Source: Desulfonatronovibrionaceae bacterium
GTDB taxonomy: Bacteria > Desulfobacterota > Desulfovibrionia > Desulfovibrionales > Desulfonatronovibrionaceae
Reading direction: 5' to 3'
Assembly (NCBI GenBank): GCA_046539845.1
Contig: JBKHGE010000003.1
Location: 1 to 64,000 of the forward strand
Length of the DNA: 64,000 bases
The notes under the pieces were generated by a model, which saw only the letters and a list, made by a program, of their open reading frames with translations, did not search any database and was not told where the DNA came from. The stretch's first letter is position 1; the number at the start of each line of letters is the position of its first letter. This document shows positions 36,937 to 47,915 of the stretch, piece after piece. Both the position numbers and the translations under genes were made by a program.

Positions 36937-39900
36937 ATGCCCAGAAGAAAACCGCATATTTCTCTGCCGTCCAAAGAGGTAGTCAGCCGTGTGCTCTGCC
37001 TGGGAGCAGAGCAGTTTTCCTCCTGGCCGGAATCAGTGCAGGAACTGGCCGTAAGCCTGGCCGCGGAACTGTTTATTATCCGCTACAATCCCTTTATCGA
37101 CACCGACTTGGTTATAAACAGCGTCTTGTCCAGACTGGACAACGAACGCTCCGCTCTTTCGGTTGAATACTTCCAGCAGATCCGCGACTGTCTGGAAAGT
37201 TACATCCAGCGCTTTAAGGAGGACCGCGATTTTACCTCCCGCGTAAACCGGGAGATGAAAAGAATACTCCCGGAAAAGAATTTCAGTGCGGATCCGCATA
37301 TCCTGGTGGCCTGCTCCACGGATGCCACCGACCTGCGCATGGAGTTGCCCATGTTGGTCCTCTTCCCAGAGACCACCCTGCAAATCCAGGAAATCGTGCG
37401 CTTGGCCAACGAACTTAAATTCAGCCTGATTCCCAGGGGCGGGGGTTCCGGACTGACCGGCGGGGCTGTCCCCGGGCGCGGCCGCTGCGCCATTTTGAGC
37501 CTCAGCCGGATGAAGGAGATAATCTCCATTGACAAGGAGGAAATGGTCCTTTGCTGCCAGAGCGGAACAACTACCCTGGACGCGATAAAAGGAGTGGCCA
37601 ATCAGGGCCTTCTTTTTACCGTGGACCCGGCTTCCAAATCCGCCTCCTCCGTGGGGGGGAATGTCTCGGAGAACGCCGGCGGTCCCTTCGCCTTTGAATA
37701 TGGGACCACCCTGGACAATGTGTTGAGCTACAAGATGGTCCGCCCGGACGCTTCACTCATCGAGGTGAGACGCAAGGACCACCCCAGACACAAAATCCTG
37801 CCCCAGGAATCGCCGATATTCGAAATACTAGACTCAGAAGGAAATCTCCTGGAGACCATCACCTTGAGCGGGGAGGAAATACGCAGCGCTGGGCTGGGCA
37901 AGGACGTGACCAACAAATACCTGGGCGGCCTGCCCGGAATCCAGAAAGAAGGAGTGGACGGGGTTATAACTGATGTCTGTTTCACCCTGCACCCGCGCAT
38001 GTCCATGTCCCGGGTCCTTTGCCTGGAATTTTTCGGCGCCTCCATGCGCAACGCCATGTATGTCATCCGGGATATAGTCGGCCTGCGGGACAAGATCCGT
38101 AACCAGGGGGACTTGGTCAAGATCTCCGCCCTGGAGGAGTTCGGATCCAAATACGTCCAGGCCATCGAATACCGCAAAAAATCCGAACTGTACGAGGGAG
38201 AGCCCATTTCTGTACTCATAGTCCAGCTGGATTCCAACAACAGCGAGGCCTTGAGCCAGGCGGTGAAGAACATCGTGGACATCGCCACTCCCTATGATCA
38301 GGTGGACATTTTCGTGGCCCGAGACGAAGCTGAGGCGGATCTCTTCTGGGAGGACAGGCACAAGCTTTCGGCCATTGCCAAGCGCACCAGCGGATTCAAG
38401 ATCAACGAGGACGTGGTCATCCCCCTCAAAGTCATTCCAGAGTTCTCCGACTTTATCGAGGAGCTCAATCTGCACTATCTGGCCCGGGCTTACCGCACCG
38501 CCTTGAATGAGGTCCTAGCCCTGGAAGGCGTTGACGTGGCTGACGAGTTCATAGAAATGGAGATGGAGGTCACCAAATCCATCCTGCAGCAGGAGGTCTC
38601 CAGGAGTGAAATCGCAGAGCAGGAGCTGGAACTGCAGATTGAATTCTTCTTTTTGGACCTGAAAAACCGCTATTCGGATCTGGATGAAGAACTGTCCGCG
38701 ATCCTGGAGAAACTGCGCAATACTCGGATCATTGTCGCCAACCATATGCACGCCGGAGACGGGAACTGTCATGTAAACCTGCCAGTTAACTCCAATGACC
38801 CGGAGATGATGCATCAGGCGGAAGAAGCCGCGGCAAAGGTCTTTGCCCGGGTCCTTGAACTCGGCGGACAGATCACCGGAGAGCACGGAATCGGGATCAC
38901 CAAGATCAACTACCTGGACGAGGCCAAGATCAAGGCTCTGAAGACCTACAAGGACGAGGTGGACCCGGTAAACATATTCAATCCGACCAAACTGACCCAG
39001 AAAAAACTCCCGGTCACCTCGTACACTTTTTCCTTCAACCAGCTCATAGAGGACATCCGGCGCACCGGAATAAAGGACAAGGAAAGGCTTACCGGGCTGC
39101 TCCGGGACATCCAGACCTGCACCCGGTGCGGGAAATGCAAACAGGTCTGCCCCATGTTCCTTCCCCGGGAGGGATTTCTCTTCCATCCCCGGAACAAGAA
39201 CCTGGTCCTGGGCGCCCTTATTGAGGCCATCTACTACAGCCAGCTCATCTTCGGTGAGCCGGACATAAAGCTCATGGCCACGCTGCGCGATTACATGGAG
39301 CACTGCACCGCCTGCGGCAAATGCAGGCAGGTCTGCCCTGTAAAGATAGATAATGCTGCGGTTGCCCTGCGCATGCGCGCCTTTCTGGATGAAAGAAACG
39401 CCGGGGGCCATCCGATAAAGACCCGGGTTTTGGACTATCTGAGCCGCAATCCGCGCAGCCTGGTCCCCAAGGCGGCCCGCCTGGCCGGAGCCGGACAGAT
39501 GATCCAGAACCAGGTCACAAGATTGGTACCGGCAACATGGCGCTCCAGGATAGACAATCCCCTGTGGCGCTCGCCCGGTCCGCAGACCGGCGTCCGCAAC
39601 CTGTATGACGCCCTGCCCATGCAAAGCAAAAAGATCTTCACCCCGGAAAGGGACACCCAGAGGACAGTGCTCTATTTCCCCGGATGCGGAGGCGGGTTGT
39701 TTTTCCGGGATATCGGCCTGGCCACTCTGTTTCTGCTTCTGCGCACCGAAACCTGTGTCATACTCCCCCCGGCGCATATGTGCTGCGGCTACCCCCTGCT
39801 GTCTGCCGGGGCCGTACAGACCTTTCAACGCATCCACAAAGAAAACAAAAACGCTTTGCAGTATATGGTCAACTCCGCCTGGGAGGATGGTTTCCGGCCG

Positions 39901-40446
39901 GACACAGTACTTACCGCCTGCGGCACCTGCCGGGAGGGAATCGCTGACTACGGACTGCACACCCCGCCCGGAAACATGCAGCATATGGATGTTTTGCAGT
40001 ACCTGCTTCCCAGGCTTCCGGAAGTCCGGGACTACGACGCCCGCCCCCTGGTCTATCACTCCGCCTGCCACGCGGAATGGAGCGGAGTGAACCCGGCCGC
40101 ATCCGGAGAGATATATGCGGCAAAGCTGGAGGACCGGCTGGGGACAAAGATCCAGCTCTCAGCGGGGTGCTGCGGGGAAAGCGGACTGGGGGCGCTCAGC
40201 TCCCCGGAAATATACAACGTGATCCGCAAACAGAAAAAAGAGAGACTGCATTCAGAGATGGCCGCCTACCCAGAAGACAGACCCATCCTTGTGGGCTGCC
40301 CATCCTGCAAAATCGGAATAAGACGCAGTCTGATCCAACTCCGGGACAAGCACAATGTACTGCACTCGGTTGAATTCCTGGCCTATCTGATCGGGGGCAG
40401 GACCTGGAAAAAAGATCTGGCCCGGATGCTAAACGGAAAAAAATAA
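36937..40446 (+). CDS. FAD-binding and Fe-S-binding oxidoreductase (GlcD/GlcF-like fusion)
   Basis: PRGGGSGLTGG, HAGDGNCH, GEHGIG, two CxxCxxCxxxCP motifs and CCG domains. Confidence 0.9.
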   Translation: MPRRKPHISLPSKEVVSRVLCLGAEQFSSWPESVQELAVSLAAELFIIRYNPFIDTDLVINSVLSRLDNERSALSVEYFQQIRDCLESYIQRFKEDRDFTSRVNREMKRILPEKNFSADPHILVACSTDATDLRMELPMLVLFPETTLQIQEIVRLANELKFSLIPRGGGSGLTGGAVPGRGRCAILSLSRMKEIISIDKEEMVLCCQSGTTTLDAIKGVANQGLLFTVDPASKSASSVGGNVSENAGGPFAFEYGTTLDNVLSYKMVRPDASLIEVRRKDHPRHKILPQESPIFEILDSEGNLLETITLSGEEIRSAGLGKDVTNKYLGGLPGIQKEGVDGVITDVCFTLHPRMSMSRVLCLEFFGASMRNAMYVIRDIVGLRDKIRNQGDLVKISALEEFGSKYVQAIEYRKKSELYEGEPISVLIVQLDSNNSEALSQAVKNIVDIATPYDQVDIFVARDEAEADLFWEDRHKLSAIAKRTSGFKINEDVVIPLKVIPEFSDFIEELNLHYLARAYRTALNEVLALEGVDVADEFIEMEMEVTKSILQQEVSRSEIAEQELELQIEFFFLDLKNRYSDLDEELSAILEKLRNTRIIVANHMHAGDGNCHVNLPVNSNDPEMMHQAEEAAAKVFARVLELGGQITGEHGIGITKINYLDEAKIKALKTYKDEVDPVNIFNPTKLTQKKLPVTSYTFSFNQLIEDIRRTGIKDKERLTGLLRDIQTCTRCGKCKQVCPMFLPREGFLFHPRNKNLVLGALIEAIYYSQLIFGEPDIKLMATLRDYMEHCTACGKCRQVCPVKIDNAAVALRMRAFLDERNAGGHPIKTRVLDYLSRNPRSLVPKAARLAGAGQMIQNQVTRLVPATWRSRIDNPLWRSPGPQTGVRNLYDALPMQSKKIFTPERDTQRTVLYFPGCGGGLFFRDIGLATLFLLLRTETCVILPPAHMCCGYPLLSAGAVQTFQRIHKENKNALQYMVNSAWEDGFRPDTVLTACGTCREGIADYGLHTPPGNMQHMDVLQYLLPRLPEVRDYDARPLVYHSACHAEWSGVNPAASGEIYAAKLEDRLGTKIQLSAGCCGESGLGALSSPEIYNVIRKQKKERLHSEMAAYPEDRPILVGCPSCKIGIRRSLIQLRDKHNVLHSVEFLAYLIGGRTWKKDLARMLNGKK

Positions 40447-40450
40447 AAAA

Positions 40451-40855
40451 ATGCGCTACTTGGGAATCGATTTCGGTATAAAACGAGTCGGCCTGGCCCT
40501 GAGTGACCCCGGGGGGAAGCTGGCTTTTCCTTTGCGCACCATCTTTCGCACCACCCGGGAGGAATTTTTCTCCACACTCCTGGAGGCCATTGAAGAAAAC
40601 AAAGTCCAGGCCATAGTCCTTGGCATACCGTACGGTCTGAACGGACAAATCACCCCAGGCACAAGGCAGGCCCTTAATTTTCTGGACAGCCTGAAAAGGC
40701 GGGTGGGCCTTCCTGTATTCACTTTGGACGAATCTTTATCCACCCTTGAGGCCGAAGGGCTTTTGCGCCAAGCGGGCAAAAAAAAGCGCTCCCAAGAGGC
40801 AGTGGACCAGCACGCGGCAGCAGTAATCCTGCAGAGGTTCCTTGACGACTCCTAA
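40451..40855 (+). CDS. ruvX: Pre-16S rRNA nuclease / Holliday junction resolvase-like YqgF
   Basis: LGIDFGIKRVGLA, DESLST and VDQHAAAVIL motifs. Confidence 0.92.
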   Translation: MRYLGIDFGIKRVGLALSDPGGKLAFPLRTIFRTTREEFFSTLLEAIEENKVQAIVLGIPYGLNGQITPGTRQALNFLDSLKRRVGLPVFTLDESLSTLEAEGLLRQAGKKKRSQEAVDQHAAAVILQRFLDDS

Positions 40856-40877
40856 AGCATGGATTAGCTCCAGTTCA

Positions 40878-41885
40878 ATGCGTAAAACAATAATCTCCAC
40901 CTGCGCGATCTTTATCCTCTGCCTGGCCGCAGCCCTGGCCGGGACCGCATATATCAAACACTCCATGACCCGGCCCCAGGGAGAGCAGGGCGAAGAGGTG
41001 CTGATAACCATTGCTCCCGGGGAAAGCTTTGCCGCAGCAAAAAGTAAGCTGGCACAAGAAGGGCTCTTGCATTCCCCGCGGATATTTACTCTGTGGGCAA
41101 GGATCACCGGGAAGATAAACCGGGTACAGGCCGGGGAGTTCCGACTAAACTCCTCCTGGTCCCAGGCCCGGATCCTGGAGCATTTAGTCTCCGGACGCGA
41201 AGCCCTGTACAGGCTAAGCATCCCCGAGGGCCTTGCCCGGTGGGAAACGGCCCGGATAGTGGAGAACTCCGGACTGTGCGACTCGGAATCCTTTCTCCAG
41301 GCAACAGAGAACTCCACTCTCTTGCGCGCATTGGACATCCAGGCAGCCACTGCTGAGGGTTTTCTCTTCCCGGACACATATTTTTTGCCCCGAAGAAAAC
41401 AAGATAACGCCTCTTATGTCCTGGGCATGCTGGTAGGCAGATTCCGGCTGGCCACAGCCGGCATGTGGGAGGGGATGGATTTTCAAAACATACGAGACAT
41501 TGTCACCCTGGCCTCCCTGGTGGAAAAAGAGACCGCAGTGCCGGAGGAAAGGCGTAGAATAGCGGGAGTATTTGTCAACCGCCTGAACAGGGGGATGCGT
41601 CTGCAGTGCGACCCCACGGTCATTTACGGGATCAAGCCCGAATTTGACGGAAATCTGAAAAAGGAGCACCTCAGGGACCCGTCCAATCCCTACAATACCT
41701 ACAGACACTCCGGCCTTCCGCCCGGCCCCATCTGCTCCCCAGGACTGAGGTCGCTTAAGGCGGCCCTGGACCCGGAAGAGCACGATTTTTTGTATTTCGT
41801 CTCCAGAAGGGACGGCAGCCACAAATTCAGCCGCACCCTGGCCGAGCACAACCAGGCGGTCCGGGAATTTCAGCTCGGCCGTTAA
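40878..41885 (+). CDS. mltG: Endolytic transglycosylase
   Basis: EGFLFPDTY, LASLVEKE, LQCDPT, YNTY and GLPPGPI motifs. Confidence 0.93.
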   Translation: MRKTIISTCAIFILCLAAALAGTAYIKHSMTRPQGEQGEEVLITIAPGESFAAAKSKLAQEGLLHSPRIFTLWARITGKINRVQAGEFRLNSSWSQARILEHLVSGREALYRLSIPEGLARWETARIVENSGLCDSESFLQATENSTLLRALDIQAATAEGFLFPDTYFLPRRKQDNASYVLGMLVGRFRLATAGMWEGMDFQNIRDIVTLASLVEKETAVPEERRRIAGVFVNRLNRGMRLQCDPTVIYGIKPEFDGNLKKEHLRDPSNPYNTYRHSGLPPGPICSPGLRSLKAALDPEEHDFLYFVSRRDGSHKFSRTLAEHNQAVREFQLGR

Positions 41886-42913
41886 ATCCTCTTTTCCTCC
41901 ACAGCGTGACAGGCAACCCGGGTGCCGTCTTCCATATCCATAAGCCGGGGTAGTTCCTGTCTGCATCTCTCCTGCACATGCGGACAGCGGCCACTGAACA
42001 CACAGCCGGGGGGCAAATCTATAGGCGTGGGGACCTCGCCCCTGAGCTTTATATGCTGAGACCCGGCCTGCCCCAGCCTGGGGATGGCGCTCAAAAGGGC
42101 CTGGGTATACGGATGTCTGGGGGAGTTGAACAGGTCCTCGGTCCGGCCCACCTCGCACAGGGCGCCCAGATACATGACCGCAACCCGGGTGCTGAAGCGC
42201 TCCACTACCGCTAGGTCATGGGTGATAAACATATAGGTAAGCCCGTGTTCTTCCTGGGCGTCCATGAGCAGGTTCAGGATCTGGGCCTGGATGGACACAT
42301 CCAGAGCGGAAATAGGCTCATCAGCGACAATGAATTCCGGGCTGACCATCAAGGCCCGGGCAATGCTTATCCTCTGTCTCTGCCCTCCGGAGAACTCATG
42401 CGGATACCTGAAAGACCAGGCCGGGTCCACACCCACCTGATGCATGATCTCGGCCACCCTTTCCCGGACCTGTTTTCCGGGCATGTCCGGGTTGTGAAAG
42501 ACCACCGGCTCGCGCAGGATCTGCTGCACGGTCATCCTGGGATTCAGAGAGGCATACGGGTCTTGAAAGACCATCTGCATCTTCCGTCTGTAAGGGAGCA
42601 TGTCCTTGGGGCTTAAATTGTCGATACGCTCCCCGCGGTAAAAGACCTTCCCGGAATTGGGCGCATGCAGACCGATCACTGCCCGGCCGAGTGTGGACTT
42701 GCCGCAGCCGCTTTCCCCGACTACACTGAACGTCTCTCCGGGATAAATGGAAAAGCGGACGTTGTTTAAGGCCTTTACCACGGTCTTGACCCGGGTCAGC
42801 CGACCGTTTTTGAACTTAAGCTGATCCAGAAAACCGCCGGAGATATCAAAATACTTGACCAGGTCCTCCACCCGGAGCACTTTATCCAGAGACATGGAAA
42901 TCTTGTCTTGCAT
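41882..42913 (-). CDS. Peptide ABC transporter ATP-binding protein (DppF/OppF-like)
   Basis: GESGCGKST, FSGGQRQR and HPYT motifs; C-terminal Cys motif. Confidence 0.92.
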   Translation of the reverse strand: MQDKISMSLDKVLRVEDLVKYFDISGGFLDQLKFKNGRLTRVKTVVKALNNVRFSIYPGETFSVVGESGCGKSTLGRAVIGLHAPNSGKVFYRGERIDNLSPKDMLPYRRKMQMVFQDPYASLNPRMTVQQILREPVVFHNPDMPGKQVRERVAEIMHQVGVDPAWSFRYPHEFSGGQRQRISIARALMVSPEFIVADEPISALDVSIQAQILNLLMDAQEEHGLTYMFITHDLAVVERFSTRVAVMYLGALCEVGRTEDLFNSPRHPYTQALLSAIPRLGQAGSQHIKLRGEVPTPIDLPPGCVFSGRCPHVQERCRQELPRLMDMEDGTRVACHAVEEKRI

Positions 42914-42917
42914 ACGA

Positions 42918-43889
42918 TCAGTCCTTAAAAAGGTGACAGGCGACCTGTCCCGTACCTTCCGGATTTTCCTTGAGCTCCGGCGTCGTTTGGCGGCACACCG
43001 GCATGGCCTGCGAGCATCTGGGATGAAAGGAGCACCCGTCAGGGATGGATGTCAGATTGGGCATGGTCCCGGGTATCTGGTTCAGCCGCTTTCCGCTGTG
43101 TCCGGCCTGGGGCAGAGCGTTTATAAGCCCCCGCGTGTAGGGGTGCTGCGGATTGTCCACTACATCCCGGGTCTTTCCGGTCTCCACCACCCGCCCGGCA
43201 TAAAGCACCGCGATCCTCTGCGTGGTCTGGGAGACAACTCCCAGGTCATGGGTGATCAAAATGAGGCCCATGCTCTCCTTTTCACAGAGTTCGGTCAAAA
43301 GATCCATGATTTCTGCCTGGATGGTCACATCCAAGGCGGTGGTCGGCTCGTCCGCGATAATCAGGGCCGGATCGGTCAAAAGGGAAATGGCGATGACTAT
43401 CCTCTGACGCATCCCTCCGGAAAACTCATGCGGGTACTGCTTGAGCCTTTCCTCAGGTGAAGGGATATACACCTGCCTTAGCTTGTCCAGGGCGATCCTC
43501 TCCGCTTCCCGCATCGACATCCGCGGCCGGTGGGCCAAAAGGGTCTCGGTCATCTGGGTGCCGATGGTCAAAACCGGATTCAGGGTCATCATCGGGTCCT
43601 GAAAAATCATGCTGATCCTGTTTCCCCGGATGTGACGCATCTTTCTCTGCGGATACTCGCTTATGAGCTGGCCTTCGAAAAATACCCGCCCCTCGGCGAT
43701 GTACCCGGGTTTGCTTATCAAATTGATCACGGAGAAACCGGCCACTGATTTTCCGGCCCCGCTCTCTCCCACCAGTCCTAGCCTCTCCCCGGCATTCAGA
43801 TCAAAACTTATGCCGTTTAAAGCGGTCAGATCCCCGAAGCGCAGGGCGAAGTTGACCACCAGATCGCGGACCTCAAGCAGCTTGCTCAT
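42918..43889 (-). CDS. Peptide ABC transporter ATP-binding protein (DppD/OppD-like)
   Basis: GESGAGKS, FSGGMRQR and DEPTTALDV motifs. Confidence 0.92.
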   Translation of the reverse strand: MSKLLEVRDLVVNFALRFGDLTALNGISFDLNAGERLGLVGESGAGKSVAGFSVINLISKPGYIAEGRVFFEGQLISEYPQRKMRHIRGNRISMIFQDPMMTLNPVLTIGTQMTETLLAHRPRMSMREAERIALDKLRQVYIPSPEERLKQYPHEFSGGMRQRIVIAISLLTDPALIIADEPTTALDVTIQAEIMDLLTELCEKESMGLILITHDLGVVSQTTQRIAVLYAGRVVETGKTRDVVDNPQHPYTRGLINALPQAGHSGKRLNQIPGTMPNLTSIPDGCSFHPRCSQAMPVCRQTTPELKENPEGTGQVACHLFKD

Positions 43890-43892
43890 CTA

Positions 43893-44819
43893 TCATCCCT
43901 TGTACAATTTGGGGTTAAGCACGTCCCGCATCCAGTCGCCAAGAAGGTTGATGACCAGAATCAAAACCACCAGCAAAATCCCCGGGAAAAGAGTGATCCA
44001 CCACGAGCCGCTTAGCATATATTCAAAACCAATATTTATGAGCGAACCGAGAGACGGTTTGTGCGGAGGCATACCCAGTCCAAGAAAGGAGAGCGCCGCC
44101 TCGCTCATGATGGCATTGGCCACCTGAATAGTGGACAAAACAAATATGGGGGAGAGGCAATTGGGCAGGATATGCCGCCACATAATCCGGTTGGAACGGA
44201 ATCCGATCACCCGGGCCGCCTCCACATACTCCTTTTTCTTCTCCGCCAGAACAGAAGCCCGCACCGTGCGTGCGTACTGCGGCCACTGGGCCAGCCCGAT
44301 GACCACAATCAAAAAAGGGACTGCGATCTCTTCAAACCTGCCCACTCCGATCGCTGTCTGCAGGACCGCGCTGACAAATATGGCTACCATGAGATAGGAG
44401 AAGGAGAGCTGCACGTCTGCCAAGCGCATGAAAAAGGAATCGAGTCGCCCCCCAAAGTAGCCGGAAATAAGACCAATAAGCACTCCGAGCGCTGCCTGCA
44501 GGGCCACCGCAGCCACCCCGATAATTATGGACACGCGCATGCCGTAGATCATGGTGGACAAAAGATCCCGGCCCTGGTCATCGGTCCCCAGGATAAACTT
44601 CGGGCTTCCTCCCTCCATCCATACCGGGGGTATCTCCGAGTCCAGGATATCTATAATCGAAGTATTATAGGTGTCATACGGAGCAGTAACCGGGGCCAAA
44701 AAAGCTATTACAGCCAAGACGATCAAAACCGTGAAACTGACCATGGCCACCGGATCTCGCAAAAAGCTGTACAGGAAATACGAATCCCGGAAGCTTTGCC
44801 ACTTGCCTCTTAGGTTCAT
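43893..44819 (-). CDS. Peptide ABC transporter permease (DppC-like)
   Basis: LGTDDQGRD, EYVEAARVIG and EAALSFLGLG motifs. Confidence 0.9.
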   Translation of the reverse strand: MNLRGKWQSFRDSYFLYSFLRDPVAMVSFTVLIVLAVIAFLAPVTAPYDTYNTSIIDILDSEIPPVWMEGGSPKFILGTDDQGRDLLSTMIYGMRVSIIIGVAAVALQAALGVLIGLISGYFGGRLDSFFMRLADVQLSFSYLMVAIFVSAVLQTAIGVGRFEEIAVPFLIVVIGLAQWPQYARTVRASVLAEKKKEYVEAARVIGFRSNRIMWRHILPNCLSPIFVLSTIQVANAIMSEAALSFLGLGMPPHKPSLGSLINIGFEYMLSGSWWITLFPGILLVVLILVINLLGDWMRDVLNPKLYKG

Positions 44820-45790
44820 TCCACCCCCGTTATCCGAACCTGCGGATTGACCCATCCATAGATTATGTCCACCACAGTATTAACCACGACCATAACCACG
44901 CCCACAAAAACAAGATAGGCCACCAGAAGAGAAGTATCACTCCTCTCCACTGCCTCCATAAACAAGAATCCCAGTCCCTGCCATTGGAAAACCGTTTCCG
45001 TGAGAATGGTAAAGGCAATGGTTATACCCAGCTGGACACCGCCCACGGTGATCACCGGAAGGAGGGTGTTTTTGAAGGCATGGACCATCCAGATGCGGCG
45101 CGGCCTAAGACCCTTGGCCCAAGCAAATTTGATGTATTCGGATTCCAATACCTCCATCATTTCCGAACGGATAAGACGAATAAAAAGGGGTAGCATGATG
45201 GAAGACAGGGATATGGCCGGCAGAATCAGATGCTTGAACCCGTCCCAGGTAACCAGGCCGGACTCCCAGCCGTAAATGGACACCGTTTCCCCCCGGCCGT
45301 AGGATGGAAGCCAGCCCAACTCCACGGAAAAGATATATACCAGGACTATGGCGGTCAAAAACACCGGGATGGACACACCGATAATGCTCCCGCCCATAAT
45401 CACCCTTGAGAACCAGTTTTTGGGATAAATGGCCGCAAAAACCCCCAGGGGCACGGATAAAAAGACTATTATAATGCTACTTGCAAACACCAGCTCGATG
45501 GTGGCCGGGGCCTTTTCTAGGATCACTTGCGTGGCCGGCTTATGATAGAAATACGACGTGCCCAAGTCCCCTCGGGCCGCGTCTTTCAAAAAGCGCCAGT
45601 ACTGAGTGACGACTGGATCATTCAGTCCCATCGCCTCGCGCAGTTGCTCCCTTCCCGTCTCGGACACGGAAATCCCGGTTATCATCCGCACCGGGTCCCC
45701 GACATTGTGCTTTATGGCAAAAGCGACAATGCTGATTATGAACATAACCAGGATAGCCTGGGCAACGCGTCTGACTATAAAAGCAACCAT
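44816..45790 (-). CDS. Peptide ABC transporter permease (DppB-like)
   Basis: GDLGTS, HLILPA, AKGL and TETVF motifs. Confidence 0.9.
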   Translation of the reverse strand: MVAFIVRRVAQAILVMFIISIVAFAIKHNVGDPVRMITGISVSETGREQLREAMGLNDPVVTQYWRFLKDAARGDLGTSYFYHKPATQVILEKAPATIELVFASSIIIVFLSVPLGVFAAIYPKNWFSRVIMGGSIIGVSIPVFLTAIVLVYIFSVELGWLPSYGRGETVSIYGWESGLVTWDGFKHLILPAISLSSIMLPLFIRLIRSEMMEVLESEYIKFAWAKGLRPRRIWMVHAFKNTLLPVITVGGVQLGITIAFTILTETVFQWQGLGFLFMEAVERSDTSLLVAYLVFVGVVMVVVNTVVDIIYGWVNPQVRITGVE

Positions 45791-45850
45791 ACTGTCTAAG
45801 CCTAAGCCGTGTTCGCGTGACTGTTTTAAAACCGGTCTCCCCTTTACATT

Positions 45851-45880
45851 CAAGAGCGGGCCGCAAGCGACCCGCTCTTG
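45851..45880 (-). terminator. Hairpin after the substrate-binding gene
   Basis: CAAGAGCGGG/CCCGCTCTTG 10-bp IR. Confidence 0.6.
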
Positions 45881-45903
45881 TATTCCGGGGAGCCCCGAAT
45901 TTA

Positions 45904-47538
45904 CTAGTTGATTACCAGATCCCCAAAGTACGGGAAGTTCTGTTTGTTGACTATGTCCTCGATGTTCATATTGTCCTTACCCGCCCAGGAGAGGTGCTGC
46001 CAATGGAGGGGAACATAGGCCGCATCGTCATAAACCAGACGGGCGGCCTTCTGCAAGAGTTCCTTGCGCTTGGCCTTGTCCGTCTCGCTCTGGGACTGCA
46101 GGATCAGCTCGTCCAACTCTTTGTTGCAATAGTTGCCGCTGTTATACTGTCCGTATCCGGTTTCCTTGTCCCGGCACATAAGCAAGAACTCGAAATAGTT
46201 GGCCGAGTCCTCGGTGTCCGGATGCCAACCGATCATCTGGATATCCGCACTTTGCTCATCGAACTTGGTCCAGTACTGCGCCTTGGGCATGGTATTCAGA
46301 TTGACCTTGATATTGATCTTGGACAGCATGGAGGCCACTGTCTGGGCGATTTTATCGTCCTTCACATACCGGTTATTGGGAGCAATCATGGTGCACTCGA
46401 ACCCATCCGCGTAGCCGGCCTCTTCCATAAGTTCCTTGGCCTTGTCCAGGTCGTAACGGGGAGTAAGCTCCGACTGATAGCTGAGGAACCCGTCCGGTGA
46501 CTGCTGCCCGGCGGCAGTAGCCCGGCCTCCCATGATCTTGTCCACTATGCCTTTATTGTTGATGGCATGGATAACGGCCTGGCGCACCTTGCGGTCCGCA
46601 AACTCCGGAGCGCTCTCCTGGTTCAGCTGGAAGGTAATTATCCGGCTTCCGGGCATGGTCACCAGATCCACTCCGTCATAATTATCCACACGTTCGTAAT
46701 CCTGAGGGGCCACGGGCATGATAAAGTCCACATCCCCGGAAAGCAAAGCAGCCACGCGGGTGGAATCCTTCTTGATCGGAGTCAAGATTATCTTGGATAC
46801 ATTTCCGGTGTCCGGATCCCAGTACTGGTCGTACTCCTCAAAGACCGTCTTTACGCCCTGCTGGCGTTCAGTGACCATATACTTTCCGGTCCCGGACTCA
46901 TTGGTATTGGCGAATGAATACCCGGTCTTTTTGATCTGATCCTTGGGTTCGCCGTTTTTGTCCTCACCGGTATAAAACTCCTTGTCCATGGGAAAGATAT
47001 AAGTGGCCATATTCAAGACCAGCGGATAAGGCTTCTTGGTGACCAGTTCCACTGTATGCTGATCCACTGCCTCCGCCCCTTCAAAAGGCTCGAACAAGCC
47101 CTTGAAATCAGGGCTCTTTTTCAGCCTTTCCAAGGTCCAGACCACATCCTCGGCGGTAAACTCGTTTCCGGAATGAAAAGTCACCCCTTCGCGCAGATGA
47201 AAACGCACGGTATTGTCGTCTACCCGCTCCCAGTCCTTGGCCAGCCTGGGCTCGAAGTCCATGTCCTTGGTCCAGCGGATAAGCGGATCAAAAACCAAGT
47301 GCGAATACTGCAGCATACCCCCGGAAAGTTGGCAGTGCGGATCCAGGGAAACCGGGTCCGCATCCATGGCCAGACGCAAAGTCTTGCCTTCGGTGTCCGC
47401 CTCTTTTTCGGACTCTGCCGCGGCCTTTTCCTCGGTTTTCTGCTCTTTCCCGGCCTCTTCTTCCGGCGCTTCCTGGCACCCGCCAATCGCCAGGGCCAGG
47501 AGGAGCATCATTGCCAAAACCAGACTCTTCTTTACCAT
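45904..47538 (-). CDS. Peptide ABC transporter substrate-binding lipoprotein (family 5)
   Basis: Lipobox IGGC, SLDP, LREGVTFHSG, GTGKY and VRQA motifs. Confidence 0.92.
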   Translation of the reverse strand: MVKKSLVLAMMLLLALAIGGCQEAPEEEAGKEQKTEEKAAAESEKEADTEGKTLRLAMDADPVSLDPHCQLSGGMLQYSHLVFDPLIRWTKDMDFEPRLAKDWERVDDNTVRFHLREGVTFHSGNEFTAEDVVWTLERLKKSPDFKGLFEPFEGAEAVDQHTVELVTKKPYPLVLNMATYIFPMDKEFYTGEDKNGEPKDQIKKTGYSFANTNESGTGKYMVTERQQGVKTVFEEYDQYWDPDTGNVSKIILTPIKKDSTRVAALLSGDVDFIMPVAPQDYERVDNYDGVDLVTMPGSRIITFQLNQESAPEFADRKVRQAVIHAINNKGIVDKIMGGRATAAGQQSPDGFLSYQSELTPRYDLDKAKELMEEAGYADGFECTMIAPNNRYVKDDKIAQTVASMLSKINIKVNLNTMPKAQYWTKFDEQSADIQMIGWHPDTEDSANYFEFLLMCRDKETGYGQYNSGNYCNKELDELILQSQSETDKAKRKELLQKAARLVYDDAAYVPLHWQHLSWAGKDNMNIEDIVNKQNFPYFGDLVIN

Positions 47539-47915
47539 CCCTTACTCCTTCACCCTTTAAATAAGTTTACCAAAATGACCGTGCGGTCATACCTATTAAA
47601 AACAAAATAATCAATGGCTGTGTAACAGTTTTAGACGCCGTGCGGCAGATGGATAACACCAGCAGCCCCGAACAAATTGGCCAACCACCGAATTTATCAG
47701 GCCATTGAAAATCTCCCTCTGCCTGCGTTGCTGCAATAAGTTCAAACTCTTACGTACGGATAAGTGCGCTACGACCGTGAACTTTTTAGCAACTTGCCCT
47801 TAAGATTTTTGTACGACCTGCATAATATGGAATTTTTCAACAATCAGTTAAATCCCCAACCGGACTTAAGCCGAAAACAAAAATTTGCCCTGCGACTTTT
47901 CCGGCGACAGGCAAT

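Noticed and set aside
38515..40071. 518-aa antisense ORF
   Set aside because: It is a shadow of the GC-rich oxidoreductase gene and has no recognisable motifs.
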